Shown here one piece after another: positions 12,601 through 24,221 of a stretch of DNA of 64,000 nucleotides (position 1 is its first letter; every line of letters starts with the position of its first letter). The DNA comes from Botryllus schlosseri (lineage: Eukaryota). A program made the position numbers and the translations under genes. The notes below the pieces were generated by a model that saw only the letters and a program-made list of their open reading frames with translations, did no database searches and had not been told where the DNA came from. The stretch spans positions 9,178,001 through 9,242,000 of the forward strand of contig CM119372.1 in NCBI GenBank assembly GCA_051294905.1, given 5' to 3'.

Positions 12601-14872
12601 CTAAAATTACATCACTTGAGCGTTTCCAACTTGAAAAGTATTGATTTGGTGTAAAATTACTGTGAAGTTGCAATCGGATATTACATCAAAATTCCTAAAG
12701 TACAGTACATTTTCAGCCACAGAGTGACTCCTGTCTCCCTGGGAGAGATGGCTAATCCGACATTTTCTTAAATATTGCTATGAAATACTTCACAGCTTGA
12801 CGTTTATTGAGACTTGACCGCCAATTATGGTTGTTATCGCCAGACCAGATGAAGTTAACTTGTATATGTGTGTGAAATGGCGCACTGCATCATTGTAACT
12901 GAATGTACATTGCACCTATTTGTTTCGGAATTTCAAATCCGATGAAATCCTGAAGGTACGAGAACCCCTCGACCGAATTTACTTTTTTAAACTATTTGAG
13001 TACTTTATCAGACCTTCCATTTCCTATGTTCACTTGTGGTAGTTTTGAGTTCTTTGAAATCGCTACTTCTATTTGTACTTCAGTAAAAAACACCCGGGTT
13101 GTAACCAAGTCGCAAGTCAAATCTACGTTGACGGTTTTGACTCTGTTGAACTTGCATTCATATTATAGAAATTTTCCTTACTTTACACAGTTCCTGGCCT
13201 TATTTTACAAATACCAGTAGATAGACGAAATACCAATACCGCAATGACTCGAGTGTAAATCGAGACGATACACAAATTGCCTCAAGTCGAGTCAAGTTAT
13301 TTTCCATATGTTAGAAAAATGACTCGAGAGTCAAGTCGAGCCACCAAGAAATCGTGAACCGAGTCATTACAACCCTGCAAAACTCTGACTGCTTTGGCCG
13401 CCTCTCTGGGGCTTGACATCAGCCAACATGATGTATCTCTTCCTCTTCCTAGGTACGGGCTCAGAGCGTCCTCAAAACGAGGAAGGAAAGCATCATGAGC
13501 AAGGAGAACGCGGCAGTGATTGCGACTCAGCAACAATATCAAGAATTGAAAGACGAATTGGAAGAAGTCCGCGAGCGACATTTCCATCTACGATCGCACT
13601 GCGACAGCCTCGAGGAACAACAGACAAAATCGGTTGGAAATTAGCTTTGCTTTCAATTTCCGGCATAGTAATCAAACGTCGTCGCGTGTCAAGATGAAAG
13701 AACACGGCGAGGAACTGATGCGCCGTCATCTCGAGCATCAGACACGGCTGGAAACGCAGAAGGAAGACTTTGCCTCCAAGATAGCGGATCTGGAACAGGA
13801 GATGAGATCTCAGAGAGAGAGGACCGTCGCGCTCTTGGCCGAGAAGGACAAGGAGATTCGGCACCTGCAAGCGTATTCCGATGCGTGTCACAGGTATTTG
13901 TGACCGTCGTGTGGAACGCATTCGTCGACATGACAGTGATTTGCTCGATATTGGAGAGTGCTTTCATAGGTTACATAGTCATAACTACATCCAAGTAATT
14001 CAATAATAATCAAGAATCAGTGGTGCTACTATATACATTGACCAAGTAGTACCAATGCCCGGCAGTACATTGACATTGTTCATGATCTCTTTCATGTTTT
14101 GTCTCTTACAGAGAGTATCAAAACGACTATAACACAAACTCTGCGGACTTGAAGTCATCGACAGACAATGACTTTGTGTTTCACGGCACTGAAACTGCCA
14201 GGGACAATTCCGTCGCCGACATCATATCAAGAGTACGTTTCGACGTACACAAATGTTTGGTGCGCGCGTGTTTACCACCTGAAATTCGATTTAGGGCAGC
14301 CAAGACGGGACGGCTATGATTCATTACGCGGAGCAGATGGCGCGAAAGGACATTTCGATTAACGGTCTTCGTCGCCAAAAGAAGCAGCTCGAGTTGCAAA
14401 TCAGACAGTTGCAAGACGCGATCATGACGAAGTCGGTGTGAATTGTAGCAAAATGCTTGCATGGACCCTAACTCTATGCTTCTTTGTATTTAGAGACGAC
14501 AAGTATTCAAAGGAGATCGCGAGTTTACAGGAGAAAATATCCAGTTTTAATAGGACAAAGTAAGTGACGTATTATATGTTTTGCAGTGATACTATCTTCG
14601 AACATATCTGGGTATTCCAGTTGATTTTGGTCTTGCTATGTGAATTGTTTTGAAACGTCTAATTTTGTTTTGAATTCTAATTTTCAAAAGAGCTTGACCT
14701 TGCATCATTTATCAGATCGAGAGCCAACGCCAATCTCGAATATTTGAAGAATGTCATGTTCCAATACCTGACAACGGATAAAGATCAAACGGCTCGAAGT
14801 CGAATGCTCAGTGCGGTTACCGCAATCTTACAATTTAGTCCCGAAGAAATTAAGAAAGTGGCGAAAAGATAA
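6674..14872 (+). CDS. GCC1: GRIP and coiled-coil domain-containing protein 1 (trans-Golgi golgin GCC88), ~16 exons
   Basis: Spliced N-terminus MFPFRKNTELLETVEKQNEQLRRYESRLRDLVAAYKSLQNEKKALEASVKALS matches the GCC1 N-terminal motif. Long coiled-coil exons follow. The last exon (~14716-14872) encodes a GRIP domain, ANLEYLKNVMFQYLT...AILQFSPEE. Approximate GT-AG exons: 6674-6761, 7994-8133, 8197-8275, 10429-10631, 10697-10786, 10977-11105, 11417-11608, 11957-12139, 12201-12394, 12454-12563, 13452-13632, 13694-13892, then four more to 14872. Confidence 0.93.
7250..7662 (+). mobile_element. hAT (Charlie/Buster-like) element remnant with degenerate transposase C-terminus
   Basis: Peptide VLYVIIPFASTYLCGNGFLAL resembles the hAT C-terminal dimerisation motif (PFxTTYLCExGFS). 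The end ...gaagacaaaaagataggtaacctctg is related to the terminus of the 50321-51134 element. Confidence 0.7.
7717..7887. mobile_element. Small hAT-type MITE
   Basis: Termini TAGGGC...GCCCTA, perfect 8-bp TSD GTGATCAC, internal TTTTGACC subrepeats. Confidence 0.85.
8352..9408. mobile_element. PIF/Harbinger-like non-autonomous element
   Basis: TIRs AGCGCAGTGCACATTTGCGTAATTCGTACGCGCGTAC / GTACGCGCGTACGATTTACGCTAATGTGCACTAGGCT, flanked by TTA on both sides. Confidence 0.7.
8559..9100 (+). pseudogene. Penelope-like retroelement ORF remnant (linker and GIY-YIG region) with stops and frameshifts
   Basis: Translation gives GPEKCP..LPWLGNVSNRFEKLIKSAVHRCYFSV, NVVYQYKCHCD and SSIGQHLSEN...FTVIARGRSLFHLKVLESNIIQLDKPILCRRKDFV, typical of the Penelope C-terminus. 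Confidence 0.8.
13094..13377 (+). mobile_element. hAT-type MITE, family A (CAGGGTTGTAA termini, GACTCGAGTC subrepeats)
   Basis: CCGGGTTGTAA...TTACAACCCTG; degenerate 8-bp TSD; homologous to the 15127, 16373 and 52680 copies. Confidence 0.8.
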
Positions 14873-15126
14873 CACGCATTCTATTTCTTCGCCACGATTG
14901 CTATGTGAACTAGTGCCGAGTTGAATGTTGTTGCCAATTTCGTTCACTTGTTGCAGGAAGGCCGTTGGTTTTATACACACCCGCCACTGGCATGTGCAAT
15001 ACACAATGAAATGCAGCTAGTGCCATACAATTAAATTGATTTGACTCGACTTATCTTCTGACGGCCAAGGTGCTCCATCACTCAATAGCAACAACATATA
15101 TTCTGGTTTATATAGAGCAGATGAAT

Positions 15127-15478
15127 CAGTGTTGTAACCAAGTCACAAGGTTCCTAGTGACTAGTCAATTTCAATTCACGGCCAAGTCAGAGGGTAGAGG
15201 GTCGAGTCTGGGTCATGGTGACCCAAGTCCTTGTGTTTAGTCTTAAGTTCTATCCGGCTTAAACCACTTTTTTCAACTCTGCTCGGGAGATTGCTCGTAT
15301 TCATAATATCGTAATTTTCCTCAGTCCTATCAGTTTCTGGCCCTTTTTTTGAGTACGAAATACCAATAAAGTAGTGACTTTACTATTCTTCGAAGTGGCC
15401 GTCCGAGTCAATACACAAATTTACTCGAGTCGACTAATTTATTCATTTTAAAAAATGACTCCAGCCGTTACAACCCTG
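15127..15478 (+). mobile_element. hAT-type MITE, family A
   Basis: CAGTGTTGTAAC...GTTACAACCCTG; TSD AGATGAAT/AATTGAAT; lies between the convergent GCC1 and C12orf4 genes. Confidence 0.8.
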
Positions 15479-15797
15479 AATTGAATTGTCTCTGGCTGCT
15501 ACGTCGCCTTTGCACTATATTCACAGAGCGCTTGAAATTGTCCCAAGGGGTTTTATCATGACACTGATTACATATCAAGAGCAACAGTTGCTAAGACAAA
15601 TCCAGTGGTATAAAGCTATTTGTGACTCGTCAGGTCATCGGTCTTAACTATGTGCTTTCTGATCACCATTTTAAGCGCGCCTCTGACATCTCGAAGCAAA
15701 GGTGTATGTGCTATCGAAGAATTTATTACAATCATTGCAAAATCGTATGAATTTTATTAATATTGCACAGACTATATGAATGCATTAAATTACGCAG

Positions 15798-18700
15798 TTA
15801 TCGTCTCGCGGGCTTTGGCGAAGCTGTGGCAGCGGATTTGCTTGATTTAGGAGATGTGAGGTTTCTGGCAGTGGTCATGCGAAAGATTTCTGGCAGCATC
15901 GTCGACAGCCGGTAGAACACACGATCGCTTATGCCTGGGGGCAACACAAACTGAATGGTACGCGATATGCCTCCGTCCCAAGTCGCCATTTCCATCATGA
16001 AACCTGGCAGAGATTATTCAGAGTCAGATTAATATATATCCTGCATAGTAATTGTGTTACAATAACTGAGTAAAGTATCACTCGATGTGGGGTATGGATG
16101 ATGTGGAAATCGCAATATGTACTTATACTTGAGTAAACATGTACAACAATGCTTCTAAATTTCTACTTGAGAACCAACAATGACTACTTTGACCATCTCT
16201 GGTATTTGAGTGTCACTCAGTACAACTTCGTGGGAGTGTAGTTGAAGTACAGAGTTCAAAAATGTGCCTTTTATGCGACCACGAAGAAAATAATGACAAT
16301 TCGCTACGCACATTAAGATAGTAGTGCGAGGCTTAGTACTGCTTGTTTATTGTGTTTATGGTTGCCGTGATACAGGGTTGTAACAAAAGTCACAAGTCAA
16401 TCTCTCTTTTATAGTTTTGACTCGAGTCATTTTCAATTCAACATCGCATCGAGTCCACGTCAGCTAGTAGAGGGTCGAGTCCGAGTCATAGTGTTTTGAC
16501 TCGAGTCCAAGACATGTTCAGTTTCAGTTCAATCTGCTTCAACCCACCCTTTTCAACTCTGCTTGAGTGATATAGAATGGCTGGCATTCATAATACAGTA
16601 GTTTTCCTCGGTTTCAACAGTTTCTGGCCCTATTTTTTAAGTATCAGGACTGCTATACGAAATGCCAACAACGTGGCAACTTTACTATTCTTCGAAGTTA
16701 CAATGAAATGTCTGTCTCGCCCGTCCTAGTCTCGAGTCGAGACGTTTTACGCATTCGAAAAAATGACTCGAGTCTTTACCAAAAAATAGCGACTCGGGTC
16801 ATTACAACCCTGCTGTGATACGACGAATCGAGGTTTCAAGGCTTCCACATTTGAAAATAAGTACCGAAACTATTATGTTTGTTAATGACATATAACTCAT
16901 AGTATAATTTCAGTACTCGAAAAAATTGTCTTTCACTACTAGACTCGAATCATGACAATAAATCATTGCTAGTCGGTGGTTTCTCCATTTAAAAATTTTA
17001 GTGTAACTTTCATCCATAAAATAATGTTGCATAGGCAGATACTAAAACCTCATTAGCAAAAGGCACCCACCTTTCATGCATTTCATGACCAGCTCCGCAC
17101 GTTTCACAATCCACGCTTCATCCACCCTTTCGTTGAAATCATGACACAGCAAAATTGGAATCATCAACGTGCTGACATCGTGACTCGACATGATCTAAAA
17201 GTCACATTATGCGGTGTTCTGCCTACAAGTAATTGCGATCTCGGTCTATTACCTTGAGTATGTGCCTCAGCCCGAGTATGGCCGGGTGTCTAGACGATAC
17301 CGTGGTGGAAGACTCTGGCGATTTCAACCGGACGGTGTTTGCTACCAAATGGAACACGACGTGGACGCGAGATAGGTTCGAATGCTTCGTGACATATATG
17401 TCTCCGTCTTTGAAATGGCCATCACCGACAGACCTAAAAAATATCATGAACGCGGACAATAAGTATCTCGGATAATTCCAAATTCTATCTTGAAAATCTA
17501 CTGCACTATTTCCACTCACACTAGAGTATAATTATATAAGATTAATTCTATTAGCAAGTATGTCGGCTAGCTCTGATCATAATTGGATTTAAGTATAGAA
17601 AAACAGTAAGAACTTACTGAAGGCTCATAGAAAGCGACCGCGTAGAGAAGAATACCGAATATAAACCAGTTCTGTGTTAATAGATGTCATGAGTTTTCAG
17701 GCTTTGTGTCATTATCAGCATTTCCCCTCTATTATGACTTCCGATTATGCTTTAGATTTGAGGGAATGAACCGTGTCAAAAGAGGTGATCAATGATGAAG
17801 AAATTCTACTATAGTAGGTCCCGTGGTTGTGACTTTGGACTACCGTAATTTTCCATGTATAATTCGCAAAATTTTACCGATTTTTTGCCCTAAAATAGGG
17901 GGAGCGTATTATACATGGGAATAACAACACTTGGAAAAAATCTCCCTCGATAAAAAAACTTGAAATCACATCTTTCTTCTTGTCTGTTTCCAATCACGCA
18001 TCACTTTTAGCCATCGCGCCCAGTAATTCGTATTATCAGTGTATCGCGCTGCCAATTAGCGAGAAGCGTGTTACCAATTAACGAGCAGCACAGCACGCGG
18101 TCTCCTGCTGAGTTAGTTTGTAAGTGAGCGAAATTAGGTCGCTGAGCACGAGCATTGCTGCACGCGTGCGCGGCAATCCTCGCTAATTCATCGCGTCAAC
18201 GACAGGCTTTAACAATCGCATATACAACAGGCCACGTGCGCAAGATATAATCGCTTGCGTAATTAGTCGCATCTCCAACAGACCTGGTGCGCACGACACA
18301 ACCGTTGGCCTGAGCAATCGCATCTGTGATAGGCTTCGTGCGCAGGATGTCGCTGGCCTAAACTATCGCGATGCCAGCCTCGCAGGCTTTGGTTGCTATC
18401 TACTATCGCTAGGAGACAATGCCATTAATTGTATATTGAACTAGCAATCGCATCTGTAATAGACGTCGTGCTCAAGATGTCGTGTCGCCGGCCTGAACTA
18501 TCGCGTCGCCAGCCTTGCAGGCTTTGGCTGCTATCGTTTAGAGACAATGCTGTTAATTGCATAATGATTAGCGATCCTTATGTCATGATTGTTCAACAGT
18601 GACATCGCAAAACAGAACGACATCGTATACTAAAACACAACTATTCATGTACTGCGGATGCAGGGTGCGTACTGCGTACTATACATGGGTACAGGCTTTT

Positions 18701-21700
18701 TCCCAGAATTTACACGCCATTTTAAGGGTGCGTATTATACATGGGGGCGCAGTATATTCGGAAAATCACTGTACTTCTACTCTCCTCTAGAACACTACAG
18801 TTTTCAGGGCAAGAATACCTACTCAAGTACCTCTACTTGTATTCAAGTAGTGACTACTTTGACCATATCTGCTTGCCACTCACTTTTCACTGGACGAGCT
18901 TCCGACAGACACGTTATCGTCCGATTTCAAAGACGCCTGATCGACTGTATTCTGTGCCCGCTTGCATTTGATGTCAGCAATCTGTTCGTGGTAGGAAGGA
19001 AAATGGAATTCCGTTGATCCTTCGCACACCGAGGAAAATTCTGCAACAAGAAGACATGAAAGGCCAGATCAAGCACGCCACTTCAGTCTCTACCCACCTG
19101 ATTTCAAAGAGCTAATGGAATCGACGTTGTGATCGACCAGCATTACGATCCCGGATAATCCGTTCGAATACAGGGATAATACTGTCTGAAGTCTCTGAGC
19201 TTGCAAGTCCCTGCCGAAATAAAGTGTATGTAGTTACATTAAAAGAAGCATTAGCAGTGGTTAAGACTTAACAGTGAATTGGTCAACACTTCGTGAATTT
19301 GGCATTCGAAATGTAGCTGAGTGGATATTATTATTACTATGATTATGAAAGCAATGTATTAACATTGTGGTGATACATTCGAAAATGAATGCTCCACTTA
19401 ATATGAGCATCGATTGTGATATATTAGGGTTACCATACGTCCTCCTTTAGGAGGATTTGTCCTCTTTTTTTGGATTTTCGAAAATTTCCTCCGAGGACGC
19501 CTAAATGTCCTCTTTTTTGGCAATTCATCCTCCTTTACAGCTTCTACAGCTAAGATAATGGAGAGATTCCCGTGAAAATGGGCATAAACGACGTTAAATA
19601 GAAAATTAGTGGTCCGATTGAAAAGATCTTTTTTTCAGTCAACACCAATAATTTTAAGTAAAAAGTGTGTAAATCGACAGTCGAACAAATGTGATGACTT
19701 TTTTTAGTCAATCCATCAAATTTTACAGCAAAAATAGCGAAATCGGCTGTTTTCAGTTTTGATCAACCAACTTTTCTGATTTGGTAGTGTCCTCTTTCCC
19801 GATTCCAAAATATGGTAACCCTATGATCCATGGCACTTTGTACGTATTAATGTAATCGGGTTGGGTTAGGATTCACCAGGGTGCCGAATCCACCAGTCCG
19901 CATTCACTGGCAACCTTAGCAATACTTCTTACTGGGCTTGACTGTTGTGTCTGCAAAAATGTAAGATGGGCGCGGCGACCAAGCGAATGTTGTGCATAGT
20001 TTTCATTTGCGCGCCGAGGTTGATGGTGAAGCTTTCTTCGAGACGTAGCGTAAAAACATCACGACGTGGTCCCGGCTCGTCTGGTGTTTGGCTGTGATCC
20101 CCGTTCTCGAAGCCGTGATTCTTCTGTCTGAAAGTAGACGCAAATATCAGCGTGACCGATTACCAGGACTGGGCAAAATCAAATACCAAGGTGATTCCAT
20201 TCCGAAGCTTACAGTCAACCATCACACATTAAGGCGTCATAACAGGATGAATTTTGGAAAACATGGACCTTATGCAATCACAAAGAATACAATTATCATC
20301 ACATTATATATAATTTGGTAGTTTTGATAATACTTATTTCGCTGCACTTTGGAATAACACTGTGGGTTGATCACACACTCCCATATATGCCATTTCCCAC
20401 AGTGTATCGTTATAGTATACTACTTATAAAACTACATTTTTCATATGTTGTGATACAACCGCGTTCGACAGTGGAAAAAGTCTCGAAACTATAGCTCACG
20501 TTGATGTAGCCTATGAATTTTTAGTGCTAAGGAGCGTATAAGTTGATTACTCATATTTCACTGTTACTCAGTTCGTATCATCAGAATTAATACTCGATTC
20601 AGATTTGAGAACTCGAATCACTGTGTATAGAATGGATGTATAGAACTGTATATCCCTGACAAAGCTTTCTTGGAATAAGGATGAAATCACATTGTAAAAG
20701 CAGCAGAAATTTACGGCGTTATTTCTACTTTTACTTGAGCACTGATGCTGATAGCGTTTACCACTTCTGTATGCTATATTCCATTCATAAAGGATATACT
20801 GTGACTTAGTCTCGAAGATGATAAAAAAAATCATTGTTTCTTATCGCAGTAGCGAGGAAACTGTTGGCATGGACAGACCGTTACCTTTGCCCTTTCTTGC
20901 CAGGCGACACATTATACGATGACGAACTGTCGTTCAATGTGTTGAGTCGTTTCACCTTCGCTCTTTCCGAAACTTCAACAATCTTTTTCATTTCGATACT
21001 GCGATAGAAAAAGCAACGTGTTCCGAAGATGACGAACTGCACATTTTGCAGCCAACGCAAAAAGTAAGTTACTGTCAGCTAACACACATTGTCGGGTCAT
21101 AATGTAATGAATACCCTCAGAATTGTCCAATAACCACACATGGTATTCATTTTTGAATTCTGAGTCAATACAAAAAAAATTAGAAAATTTTTCAGCGGTT
21201 CAAAAGATGATCTGATTCCAAATTTTCTTGCGATTAGGTGGCGCCGTACGTGGAAAATATTTCAAATCAATATTTTGCGCTTCAGTGACGGTGGAGAACC
21301 AATGAAAATGCCTAATTATTACCAATTAGGGGGTCAAGGAATTCAAAAATATTAACTGTTTCGCTCTACATTTAATTTGAAAAGCTATGGATAATAAATA
21401 GTTTGGGGGACAGACTTAAAAATAAAAATAAAATCCAGTAGGGCCTACTATAGAGCTACTCACGGTAAACACGATTATTACAAATTTTAATGTGAAAATT
21501 GAAGCTATTAGAGTTATAAAGTTGATTCTATTGAAAAATGATATTTTATTTTTTCGAAATTTTTGATTTGTAATACTAGTATTTACAACTGGTAGCTTTA
21601 TATTAAATAAAATAAGAATTGTGAGGTTGCCAGCCAGACATTTTATAAACTGGCTCATTTGTAAGGCACTGAAGTCCAATTTGAAGATGAGAATACGTAC

Positions 21701-23375
21701 AAGGTTTGAGCGTTTTCATCGACCTCCCCGTTATTCAACATCATTTCGGAATATAATCTCGCGACCACGCCTCTATACTCCTTCCTTTGGTTGTGAACAA
21801 GCTTGGAATACTTTGTGTCCCATTCGTCCAGCGATTTCTGCAGAAACAGACCTGTTTAGCAATGCACCACAGGCGTTATCGCCATCTCGTATTAAAAACC
21901 TGTAAAGCAGCAGACTGTTGCAACGCGAGATTGTTGACGTCGTCCTCAGTATATATTGAACCGCTACTGATATGTTCGCACGTCCTTTGCATCTCCAGTT
22001 CCTGTTTTTCGCGCAGTTTCGTCATGGAACTTTGTTTATCTTTAAGGATCTGGCGGCACATGAATCAAAACAAGAGATAGTGTTGAGTACTCATTTCTTC
22101 CCTGCTTTGACGGGTTTAAATATAATTAAAACATTTGTATGTAGGGTGAGAGGCAAAATTACGCTGCAACGATACCAAGGGAATCAATGATTGTATCGAA
22201 AGTTATCTGGGCTCGCCATAACCGCGCAATTGATAATAGGAAAGGGTTTCGAAGGTGCAGTGTTCCAGATTGAAATTCTTATTCAAATTTGCAAAAATTT
22301 TCAATTCCTATGTTGGGCCTAGATGAATCTGGTCATGAGCTTCCCATCTCCATTTTTTAAATTCTAAATCAAAACGCAGGTTCATCTGGGCTGCGCAAAA
22401 ACAAGGTATCACAGTACTAACATAACTCTCATGGCACACAAATCACAAGATATTAAAACATCAACACCCAAGGACTATATAGCGTCCAATAGAATAGAAT
22501 GTTGCGATTGCATCAAGGGTATTTACTATGTTCCAAGTGTATTCACCAGTTACCATTAGCTTATCGGAATGCCATTCAAGATTATACCGTTATACGACGA
22601 CAACAAATGTATGTAACATAAAATTAAAACTATGATTATAATCATCACAACAAACTTGAATTATTTAGCACGAAGGTACCCAAGTTCCAACGACTAAATT
22701 TAATTGTGTATAACAAAACTTTAAACATACATTCATAAATATTGACTTAGACAACATATACCTGAACAAACAACTCACCTTTTGCACGGAATGATAATAA
22801 TGTTCTTCCAGGGATAGTAGTAATGTCATGGCTTTGGAATGGATTAATTTGTGATACATTGTAGAGAATTGTTCATTTTCTTCCACCGCATCAGTCTTCA
22901 AGAACCGAGCCCAACTCTATATCAAAAACTACGTATTAGAGGTATTGAGGGAAAAAAGGACATGTTTTGAACACTAACCTTTTTATACTTGGCGGATACA
23001 GACTTTGCGATTTTTGTAAAATTGTCTGGTTTCTGCTTAAAGTCCGCCAACAATTTAGTGGCCTGCTCGTCGTAAAGCAGAATTCGTTCCTTTTCAATAA
23101 AATTTTGAAGGGCCTCTCTTAATTCTAAAGATTGAATTTGTTTTAATTGAATCCAAGCCATTCAAACTGCACAACCACCGACCTTCTTCGACAAAACAAG
23201 GGATATTGTGGTGGCCCGCAACTCGGGACGTTAATTCCATACAATTCTGTGCTTCGGAGATATCCACTTGAAGTTTAAGGGTTCTTTCCTGTTTATTTCC
23301 ATTGTTATAGGTGAAAGTAAATGTCCTTTCATATTCCCCTGCTGAGCTGGTGTCAACCACATCGCCATCATCCAT
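15798..23375 (-). CDS. C12orf4: C12orf4 / FERRY complex subunit Fy-3 homolog, ~12 exons
   Basis: The last exon [41 protein letters not shown] and internal exons ([41 protein letters not shown]) match C12orf4. First exons are approximately 23375-23183, 23124-22979, 22916-22779, 22049-21900 and 21837-21701. Confidence 0.93.
16373..16812 (+). mobile_element. hAT-type MITE, family A, nested in a family C remnant
   Basis: CAGGGTTGTAAC...ATTACAACCCTG; TSD CCGTGATA/CTGTGATA. Both flanks match the 38978-39489 element. Confidence 0.85.
17843..18771. mobile_element. Tc1/mariner-superfamily (Tc2/pogo-like) non-autonomous element
   Basis: TA|CCGTAATTTTCC...GGAAAATCACTG|TA with repeated GCGTATTATACATGGG subterminal motifs. 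Confidence 0.65.
19425..19823 (+). mobile_element. hAT-type MITE, family E (TAGGGTTACCATA termini)
   Basis: TAGGGTTACCATA...TATGGTAACCCTA, GTCCTC subrepeats, TSD TGATATAT/TGATCCAT. Confidence 0.85.
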
Positions 23376-24221
23376 AGCGAAGAGCTTTAATCCAAGATTA
23401 TTACAAGTAGACTATAATATATGCAATCACCACAGCAATGAAATAATATAATAAATCATGAAAAAAATCAACTTTGAAGCATACCGTGTTGCGAAAGAAA
23501 TCACGAAAAATTCACAAAAATGGTACGTTCTATTACAAAAATAATTACCAATTATTGATCATTGGGAATTCAAAATCTTACACAGAGTATTTGAATTATG
23601 TTTATACCAGCACAACAGACACAGTAGGTATGTAAATTGATATGCATGAATCTTGTTGCCAAATTGATCGAACAAAAAGGTATATACAGCAGCTCCTGTG
23701 ACGAGTGATACCGCGCTCCGATTAGGGAATTCATGCAGCAATTAAAATATGATCATAACCCCAAGAGAGAAACCGTGATGCAACACAAACCACTACAACT
23801 CGTCATTGACGGTTACAATGACGCAATAATTAATAATCGTAGCATTCAAAACGTAGGAAATAACACTCTGCCACTGGGGATATCTTTCCTTGGTCGATCT
23901 GAGCTGTGACGTACGTCGTACATGCAACTAAAATACAATACATGCAAACGATATTTTTCGCAAGTTCACCAAGCTGAGTACGTTAAATATGACATCAAGC
24001 ACAAGAGACAAACGAGTCACCGTTGAAATCGAAACACATTCTACTTTGTGTAATAGCAACCAGAGATGATATTTATTAGAGTAGGTCAACACAAGCACCA
24101 CAACCCAACTGCATAAAACAAGATGACTAATTGAGAAATTCGTAAAATTGTAGAAAGGCAATCTTTAGCACCGCCATTTCTCTATCACCACATTAAAAAT
24201 CACAGCATAATCGCAAGGCCG

